DNA of 32,000 nucleotides. Origin: Acinetobacter wanghuae. Its GTDB lineage: Bacteria > Pseudomonadota > Gammaproteobacteria > Pseudomonadales > Moraxellaceae. The notes below the pieces were generated by a model. That model had not been told where the DNA came from, made no database searches, and saw nothing but the letters and a program-made list of their open reading frames with translations. The stretch spans positions 1,530,001 through 1,562,000 of the forward strand of contig NZ_CP045650.1 in assembly GCF_009557235.1 (NCBI RefSeq), written 5' to 3'. Numbering within the stretch: position 1 is the first letter of the stretch; every line of letters begins with the position of its first letter. Position numbers and translations under genes: made by a program. Below are positions 1 to 5,922 of this stretch, in pieces.

Positions 1-137
1 ACGGTATAAAAGTTGCAGGCTTTGAATTGCTAAATGCTTTAGCACATTTACCTCTTTCAGAACAAAACCTTGCATGGCTCATCCCATCCTTTATTGTTCT
101 TGTGATTACAGCTGTGATTGACCGTATTAGAAACTAA
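1..137 (+). CDS. 3' end of a gene truncated by the window edge; C-terminal TM helix of an unidentified membrane or transport protein
   Basis: Frame 3 is open from nt 3 to TAA at 135-137 (GIKVAGFELLNALAHLPLSEQNLAWLIPSFIVLVITAVIDRIRN*). It ends in a hydrophobic helix followed by basic residues. It is absent from the ORF track because no start lies in the window. The family cannot be recognised from 44 residues. Confidence 0.4.
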   Translation, partial: GIKVAGFELLNALAHLPLSEQNLAWLIPSFIVLVITAVIDRIRN

Positions 138-708
138 TCTTTCTATGTCAGTGTCATAAAATGAAGTTTTTACCCAAAACTTGATTTAAGCGTATCAATA
201 ATTGGTCTTGTTTTACCCAAACGACCTATTATTGAACATCATGCACTGACCTCATCTCAGCTTGATACAGTTCAACCCATTCGTGCCTAAATTGCAACAC
301 TGCTCATTTTTTGTTAGTATTCATTATAAATAAACGTTAGTTTATGCTTTTCTATTTGAATTTTTTATTCTTTTTCCTATTGATCCAACTTAAATTCACT
401 ACACTCAACTCAATCACCTGATAAGCAACGACCGTCATTATCACTTTGGCGCGTAATTTGCTTTATTTATCCTGTATCAGCATTTTATTATTTGAATGTT
501 CACATCTTTCAATGCTGTTCATTCAATAAATAATCATGCAGATACAATTACTTAAGCCCATAGTCGACATTGTATGATTTTATTTGATTTAGATATCTAT
601 TTTAGCCACTTGAAATAGGGTCGTATTCACAGTACAACTATAGATTCAATTCCGATTAAATCGTTATGTTTTAGTCGTCTATAACATTAAAAAATGGGAG
701 GGATGGAG

Positions 709-924
709 ATGTTATCATTACATTTCAATAAGCAAGTCTTCATTGACGCTCTTAAAGCCAACACCAATCTGGTCGTGTTTATCAGCACCACCATAGCGCT
801 TATGCTGACTTTAATCGTGCATGGATTAATTCAAGGCAACCTGAAGTTGGAGTACTTCATTTATGCCGTCATTGTGTCAATCGCATTCTATATGTGGGCG
901 GTCATTGACCAAAAGTATCGCTAA
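709..924 (+). CDS. small hypothetical membrane protein (2 predicted TM helices)
   Basis: The track ORF is 694..924. A GGGAGGG SD at 696-702 favours the ATG at 709. Two hydrophobic stretches are present (LVVFISTTIALMLTLIVHGLI and YFIYAVIVSIAFYMWAVI). No family recognised. Confidence 0.45.
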   Translation: MLSLHFNKQVFIDALKANTNLVVFISTTIALMLTLIVHGLIQGNLKLEYFIYAVIVSIAFYMWAVIDQKYR

Positions 925-941
925 TCAACAGCTTGGTTGAG

Positions 942-974
942 CCTTATGGATGATCCGACCCATCTTCCATAAGG
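942..974. terminator. 9-bp hairpin between convergent genes (possible shared terminator, no clean T-run)
   Basis: ccttatgga (942-950) pairs with tccataagg (966-974) across a 15-nt loop. It sits between the stop at 924 (+) and the stop at 1007 (-). The flanks are AT-rich but there is no canonical U-tract. Confidence 0.3.
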
Positions 975-1006
975 TAGATAAAAATAAAATATTAAATTCA
1001 AAATAA

Positions 1007-1456
1007 TTAAAATAAAGCCAAACCTGCGCCGAGTAGCAACAGCCCTGTCCCACCCAATTCCGCAAAAATCAAAGCATACATTGCCAAACGCATGAGTATG
1101 CGTGGCAGTTGAAAGCGTCCTAATTGATGAGGCTCTTTAAATTGATTGGTCGTGTCTTTTAACACGCCATGCAAAATATAAGCGCCAATCGAAAAACTAA
1201 AAAATGCGATATTTAAAATGACGCAGAGCAAATTGAGCCATTCATCAAAAAGCGAATAATAAGCGAGGACTGCCAAAATCAAGCTTGCTGGGGCATAAAG
1301 TAAACTGCTGCGATGGGCAATATCGACATAATAATGCGCCCGTGCCTGCGGTGAACGAGCAATTTGTAGATATTTCCAAACCCCTGTCAGCATACCAATC
1401 CACAGATATGCTCCACTCGCGATAACTGCCAATTTAACGGCTAAACTCACTTCCAT
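1007..1456 (-). CDS. hypothetical integral membrane protein (~4 TM helices)
   Basis: 149-aa ORF with an ATG start. It is strongly hydrophobic with four helix-length segments. It is divergent from the hydrolase gene. No family recognised. Confidence 0.6.
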   Translation of the reverse strand: MEVSLAVKLAVIASGAYLWIGMLTGVWKYLQIARSPQARAHYYVDIAHRSSLLYAPASLILAVLAYYSLFDEWLNLLCVILNIAFFSFSIGAYILHGVLKDTTNQFKEPHQLGRFQLPRILMRLAMYALIFAELGGTGLLLLGAGLALF

Positions 1457-1578
1457 GTCTTTATGTCATCCTCAATTGTTCTATTTTGTTTTGACTTTTA
1501 AGTCACAAACTTTACAGGTTTGGCTGTCAAATTTGTGTAAAGTTCCATCTAAATGATGATAAAAATTGAGTCTATTAC

Positions 1579-2445
1579 ATGTCAGAATTCAAAACATTGA
1601 CCGTAACTTGCCAAGATGGCTACGCTTTGGCTGCTCGATTTTATGCGGCAGATCCATCACAGCAAAAACCGCATCCGATTCTCATTTGTCCTGCGACGGG
1701 TATTGTGCAAGGCTTCTATCATCACTTTGCCGTGTGGTTGCAGCAGCAAGGCTATGATGTCATGGTGTTTGATTTTCGCGGTATCGGTCAGTCGCTGCAT
1801 GGTCCAGTCAAAAAATCGACCGCCAGTATTGTGCAATGGGGACAACTTGATATTCGCGCAATGATTGATGCTTTACTCGCTCATACGCAAGCAGAAAAAG
1901 TGATTTTGCTTGGACATAGTGCGGGCGGTCAACTGCTTGGGATCGTGCCGAATTATAGCAAAGTACAAAAAGTCATTGCGGTCTCAGGTTCAACCGGTCA
2001 TTTAAAAGGAATTACTGGGCGTACAGGGTTACTTGCTCCCCTAATGTTTTATGTGATTTTTCCGATTAGTCGCTATACCTTGGGCTATGGTCCAACCCAT
2101 AAAATTGGTATGGGTGAAAACTTACCGAAAGATGTCGCACGTGAATGGGCGCAATTTTGTAGCAAACCCGGTTATGTGATCAATGCCATTGGCAAACAAA
2201 TTCAAGCTTCGGATGATTTCCATGCTCAAGTCCAATGCCCAATTACTGCAATATGGGCAACGGATGATGAAATTGCCACAGAAGCGAATGTTAAAGATTT
2301 AATTCGTTTGTATCCGAATGCTGCAACCAAGATTGTTCCACTCAATCCAAAACAATTTGGGCATCACAGTATTGGACATATGGCGATGTTTAAGCGTTCC
2401 CATCAAAATTTATGGGCTGTCATTGAAAATGAGATTGCGGCTTAA
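1579..2445 (+). CDS. alpha/beta-fold hydrolase
   Basis: 288 aa. Nucleophile elbow G-H-S-A-G ('LLGHSAGGQLLG'), late conserved Asp ('WATDDE') and His ('GHHSIGHM'). Size and layout are typical of alpha/beta hydrolases. Confidence 0.8.
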   Translation: MSEFKTLTVTCQDGYALAARFYAADPSQQKPHPILICPATGIVQGFYHHFAVWLQQQGYDVMVFDFRGIGQSLHGPVKKSTASIVQWGQLDIRAMIDALLAHTQAEKVILLGHSAGGQLLGIVPNYSKVQKVIAVSGSTGHLKGITGRTGLLAPLMFYVIFPISRYTLGYGPTHKIGMGENLPKDVAREWAQFCSKPGYVINAIGKQIQASDDFHAQVQCPITAIWATDDEIATEANVKDLIRLYPNAATKIVPLNPKQFGHHSIGHMAMFKRSHQNLWAVIENEIAA

Positions 2446-2496
2446 CTATTGCTGTTTACATACCTAAAGCATGTTCTGGTTTTGAGTTTGTCCAAG

Positions 2497-2535
2497 CCAC
2501 CTTTGCTATGTCTGCCAAGGTGGTCTTTTTATTTT
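2497..2535 (+). terminator. rho-independent terminator of the hydrolase gene
   Basis: ccacctt(t)gc-tatgtct-gc(c)aaggtgg followed by tctttttatttt. Confidence 0.7.
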
Positions 2536-2660
2536 CAAACTCAGCCTACGTTCAATTTCAACCTTATAAAATGATCAGTTAAGATTAAAGTATTCATTCG
2601 CGTTCGCTATTTTGCATATTGTATGTTCTAATAGCCTCAGTTTGAGATGAGCCTCTTACA

Positions 2661-2710
2661 GTATATGGGCTTGACCCATATACGACTAGCCCCTAACCAT
2701 GGGGCTTTTT
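2661..2710 (+). terminator. orphan tandem hairpins ending in a T-run (second terminator, or 3' end of a small RNA)
   Basis: A perfect 9-bp hairpin gtatatggg/cccatatac (2661-2683) is followed by agcccc-taaccat-ggggct + ttttt (2688-2710). A T-run is present only on the + strand. Confidence 0.45.
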
Positions 2711-2732
2711 AATGTCTAAATATATGTAAAAT

Positions 2733-2763
2733 AAAAAAATGGGCAAGCGATCTGCTTACCCAT
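2733..2763 (-). terminator. rho-independent terminator of gltS
   Basis: On the minus strand: tgggtaagc-agatc-gcttgccca (one mismatch) followed by ttttttt (plus-strand A-run 2733-2739). It lies 30 nt after the gltS stop. Confidence 0.6.
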
Positions 2764-2792
2764 TTATGTTTGCCTTCTGCTTAAATTGTCAT

Positions 2793-4016
2793 TTAGCCAA
2801 AGAATGCGATGGTCATTTGAATGACAATCGCGTTAATAATATCGATAAAAAATGCGCCACACAGCGGAATAATTAAGAAGGCTTTGTGTGAAGGTCCATA
2901 GGTATTGGTCACCGCTTGAATATTGGCAATCGCTGTTGGGGTTGCGCCCATCCCAAAACCACAATGCCCTGCTGCCAATACCGCTGCATCATAATTTTTG
3001 CCCATGATTTTAAAGGTCACAAATGCAGTAAATCCTATCAGTACTAAAGCTTGTACCAATAAAATTGTGATCAATGGTCCTGCCAAATCAGCCAACAACC
3101 ATAACTGTAAAGACAGCAATGCCATCGATAAATACAAGGACAATGACGCGTTACCAAATACATCAATCGCGCGATCAAAAATATTGACTTTAAAGACATG
3201 CTCTAAAATGTTTCTAAGAATAACCCCCGTACCCAATGCCCAAACGAAAGTCGGCAATTCAAACCATTTTCCCTGACTAAAATCGGTCATTAAATTGGCA
3301 ATGAAAATACACAGGGCAAACATCCCCAAGGTTGAAACAGCATTATTTGCAGTAATCAGACGAGTTTTCTTCGGATATTCAAAAGTCGCTGAGCGTGTAT
3401 TGGTATCCAATTGAGTGTCATTTTTATCTTCAATGACTTGATCACTTAAACGATGGCGTTTAATCAGGAACTTGGCAACAGGTCCACCTACTACGCCACC
3501 AATAATCAAACCAAAGGTCGCACTTGCCATACCCAGTACAATTGCACCTTGTATACCATGTTGAACCTCCAACACTTCACCCCACGCACCTGCCGTTCCA
3601 TGACCGCCTGTTAAGGTAATTGAACCCACGATTAAGCCAACCAATGGATCAAGCCCCAATACAGTTGCAAGGCTCATGCCCACCGCATTTTGTACCAACA
3701 CAAAGGCTGTCACACAGAATAAAAACACAAAAAGCGCTTTACCCCCTTCTTTAAGTTTGGAAAAATCCGCACCTAAACCGACGGAGGTAAAAAACATGAG
3801 CATGAGAATGGATTGGATTTGTGCATTAAACGTGGCACTAATATTAAAAAATTTATATAAAACAAAGGCGGTTATTGCTGCAACCAGACCACCGATTACA
3901 GGCTCAGGTAAGTTATAGTTTTTAAAAAAATTAATTCGATTCACTAAGAACCGTCCGACATAGAGAAATATAACCGCAATAACCAATGTGCCAAAGGCAT
4001 CAATTTCAAAATTCAT
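2793..4016 (-). CDS. gltS: sodium/glutamate symporter GltS
   Basis: 407 aa and polytopic. The N-terminus ('...LVIAVIFLYVGRFLVNRINFFKNYNLPEPVIGGLVAAI') and the length match my recollection of E. coli GltS (~401 aa, '...FLKKYTIPEPVAGGL'). Confidence 0.9.
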   Translation of the reverse strand: MNFEIDAFGTLVIAVIFLYVGRFLVNRINFFKNYNLPEPVIGGLVAAITAFVLYKFFNISATFNAQIQSILMLMFFTSVGLGADFSKLKEGGKALFVFLFCVTAFVLVQNAVGMSLATVLGLDPLVGLIVGSITLTGGHGTAGAWGEVLEVQHGIQGAIVLGMASATFGLIIGGVVGGPVAKFLIKRHRLSDQVIEDKNDTQLDTNTRSATFEYPKKTRLITANNAVSTLGMFALCIFIANLMTDFSQGKWFELPTFVWALGTGVILRNILEHVFKVNIFDRAIDVFGNASLSLYLSMALLSLQLWLLADLAGPLITILLVQALVLIGFTAFVTFKIMGKNYDAAVLAAGHCGFGMGATPTAIANIQAVTNTYGPSHKAFLIIPLCGAFFIDIINAIVIQMTIAFFG

Positions 4017-4147
4017 AAGTTCTTATCCATATTCGCTTCATTTTTATGAAGTTTTAAAGCAATTTGGATGAAAATTCAGCTACAAAAGTGTAAAGCGTTT
4101 TATGCTCACTTTTATAAACCTTTATTTTATTTGAATTAAATAGATGG

Positions 4148-4183
4148 ATGACTCAGACAACAAGCGTCATCTGAGTCATTTTT
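4148..4183. terminator. 10-bp hairpin with a T-run on the + strand, at the gltS-proximal edge of the islet
   Basis: atgactcaga (4148-4157) pairs with tctgagtcat (4170-4179) across a 12-nt loop, followed by ttttt on the + strand. It lies 27 nt downstream of the minus-strand 73-aa gene, which has no other terminator. Confidence 0.5.
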
Positions 4184-4209
4184 AAGTGGTAGATATACTT
4201 TATAAATAG

Positions 4210-4431
4210 TTACTTGCTTTCAATATCATAGACCCAGTTTTTGGCTTTTTGATCAGTGGTGTCTTCACAGACATAGTAGTCATGATCCCACGCGTCAGGA
4301 TGGAAAATTTCCTTTTTGATGTAGGTGACATTTTTGCCTTTTTCGACACAGATAAAACTGTCGCCTTGGTCTTTGACTTGAGTTCCGTTCAGGAAACCAC
4401 CGATACAGAGGAAGCGGGATTGTTTTGCCAT
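4210..4431 (-). CDS. hypothetical small soluble protein (73 aa), intact copy of the duplicated 'MAKQSRFLCIGGF' module
   Basis: The track ORF 4210..4455 begins 8 codons upstream. Homology to the second copy (4892..4957) begins exactly at the ATG at 4431 and diverges almost only synonymously. This supports both this frame and this start. No family recognised. Confidence 0.6.
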   Translation of the reverse strand: MAKQSRFLCIGGFLNGTQVKDQGDSFICVEKGKNVTYIKKEIFHPDAWDHDYYVCEDTTDQKAKNWVYDIESK

Positions 4432-4500
4432 CGTTACATCAACTTGTTCAATCATTTTTCAATGTGGGGATTAAACGATGTATTGCGCGAGCTGTAAAGT

Positions 4501-4650
4501 TTAAGTTTTATAGTGTGGGTCTTTCATCCAAATAACTAACTCAAAATCCAGTTTAAAAAACTCAGCAACCTGTTTGGCTATCGCTGTTTTGAGTAATTTA
4601 GCATCCATATAGACATAAGTTTTTGTTTTTTTGCGTTGTAAATGACGTGC
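4501..4650 (-). pseudogene. short open stretch (49 codons; ATG at 4608 gives 35 aa), probable gene remnant
   Basis: Minus-strand frame reads ARHLQRKKTKTYVYMDAKLLKTAIAKQVAEFFKLDFELVIWMKDPHYKT*. It directly abuts the 4680..4886 fragment. There is no convincing SD. Confidence 0.3.
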
Positions 4651-4679
4651 TCACGTTGAATATCTTCGCACTCAAATTC

Positions 4680-4886
4680 TTACAAGTTTGGCAAAGACTG
4701 TTTCAAGGTTTCCCAATACTCAACGTGTGTGTATGTGCTGCCAATCAGACCGAGTGAGTCTTGATCTGATTGATTGAAATGATGTTCAATGCCAATTACT
4801 TGGTTTTGGAAGTACCAAAAAATGCCTATTTTAATTTTAACTTTATAATTTTCTGTGACTTTGAATAAAAACAATATATCAAGCTT
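4680..4886 (-). pseudogene. open stretch of 68 codons (track ORF 4680..4874 with a TTG start), probable gene remnant
   Basis: There is no ATG or GTG in the frame, only a TTG without an SD. It encodes ...FKVTENYKVKIKIGIFWYFQNQVIGIEHHFNQSDQDSLGLIGSTYTHVEYWETLKQSLPNL*. All three frames carry stops at its 5' edge (4879-4894), separating it from the MAKQ remnant. Confidence 0.3.
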
Positions 4887-4891
4887 TCAAC

Positions 4892-4957
4892 TCAATCTTC
4901 GACCTGCGTAACACTTAAGAACCCACCAATACAAAGGAATCGAGATTGTTTTGCCAT
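4892..4957 (-). pseudogene. truncated second copy of the 73-aa gene's N-terminus (21 codons + TGA)
   Basis: ATGGCAAAACAATCTCGATTCCTTTGTATTGGTGGGTTCTTAAGTGTTACGCAGGTCGAAGATTGA encodes MAKQSRFLCIGGFLSVTQVED*. The intact copy reads MAKQSRFLCIGGFLNGTQVKDQ... at 4431 downward. Confidence 0.55.
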
Positions 4958-5018
4958 TTAATTATTTTAAAAAACAAATAACAGAACAAATTATGTATGA
5001 AATAATTTTATAATGAAA

Positions 5019-5807
5019 TTATTCATTAATTTTTGATAATAATTTTTTCGCTTCAGAAGATAGCTCAAATAATTTCCCCTCATTGTTTAAGTCTTTTATT
5101 AAGCCTTTTCTTTTCAAAGAAGTTATTGCATCCATTATTCTATAATAAGTAGGAGAATCATTCTTTTCATGAATATTTACCTTATTAAGCATAAGAAAAT
5201 CAGATCCATTTATTCTTTTCTTTTGAACACAATGATCTTCACTTTCACTCAATTTCTTTAACAATTCAAGTTCATGTTCTGATAATTCTTTTATATCATT
5301 AATATCAGTACTCTTATTATTATTGATCAATTTATTTCTCTCTAGCCTCAATCTATCAATTTCTATTTTCAATTTATTTCTAGTTTCCTCATCCGCAATT
5401 TGATCAATGTCAACATCTCGTTTAGCTCGATCAATAAGTTCATTCTCTTTATTTGCCAACGCGTTTGCTCGCTCTTTCTCTAACATATTTTTCTGAGCTA
5501 TATATTTATGTTCTCTTACTAATTCTTGTGAATTTAACTTTTCATAAGCCAATCGAGAAACCAACCCAAACAAAACTTTTAACCAAGGTGTGATTAAAAG
5601 AATTGCTAATGCCATTAAAATTGGGAAACAAACTAAACTCCAAAATGTTGTTAAAGAATCAAATAAATCTATTTTTTCTTGAGCAGTTCCTGTTGCAAAA
5701 CAGAGTAAAAATAACGCTCGCCAATTAAATGCTAGGAAAGAAATAACAAAGAATCCCCAGTAAGGTTCTCTTATACGAGTATTTATAGCATCAAATATTT
5801 CTTTCAT
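5019..5807 (-). CDS. hypothetical membrane-anchored protein: 2 TM helices + coiled coil + winged-helix-like C-terminal domain
   Basis: 262-aa ORF with an ATG start, very AT-rich and Lys/Asn/Ile/Glu-rich. TM segments are 'YWGFFVISFLAFNWRALFLLCFA' and 'FWSLVCFPILMALAILLITPWLKVLFGLV'. A charged heptad-like segment spans ~residues 90-165. The C-terminus reads '...YYRIMDAITSLKRKGLIKDLNNEGKLFELSSEAKKLL'. No family recognised. Confidence 0.75.
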   Translation of the reverse strand: MKEIFDAINTRIREPYWGFFVISFLAFNWRALFLLCFATGTAQEKIDLFDSLTTFWSLVCFPILMALAILLITPWLKVLFGLVSRLAYEKLNSQELVREHKYIAQKNMLEKERANALANKENELIDRAKRDVDIDQIADEETRNKLKIEIDRLRLERNKLINNNKSTDINDIKELSEHELELLKKLSESEDHCVQKKRINGSDFLMLNKVNIHEKNDSPTYYRIMDAITSLKRKGLIKDLNNEGKLFELSSEAKKLLSKINE

Positions 5808-5852
5808 TGAAAACTCTACTTTTATTTTCTGATACAGCTTTTTATTATTTTA

Positions 5853-5884
5853 TAAAAAATAAGGGCTGATTACTCAGCCCTTAT
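5853..5884 (-). terminator. rho-independent terminator of acnB
   Basis: ataagggctga-ttac-tcagcccttat (5859-5884) with a T-run on the minus strand (plus-strand A-run 5854-5859). It lies ~40 nt after the acnB stop. Confidence 0.75.
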
Positions 5885-5922
5885 CTTATACTACTTATTG
5901 CTTAATTATCAATCAATTAAGA

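Noticed and set aside
1566-1864. Three extra ORFs (63, 82 and 62 aa) overlapping the start of the hydrolase gene
   Set aside because: They lie in alternative or antisense frames of a gene with clear alpha/beta-hydrolase motifs. Their translations are Cys/Arg/Leu-rich and noise-like.
2649-2714. 21-codon ORF (MSLLQYMGLTHIRLAPNHGAF*) in the orphan-hairpin region
   Set aside because: It lies entirely within the two stem-loops, so the sequence is better explained by RNA structure. It has no SD.
4249-4497. 82-aa + strand ORF antisense to the 73-aa islet gene
   Set aside because: The two copies of the MAKQ module differ at third positions of the minus-strand frame. This identifies the minus frame as the one under selection, and the + ORF has no SD.
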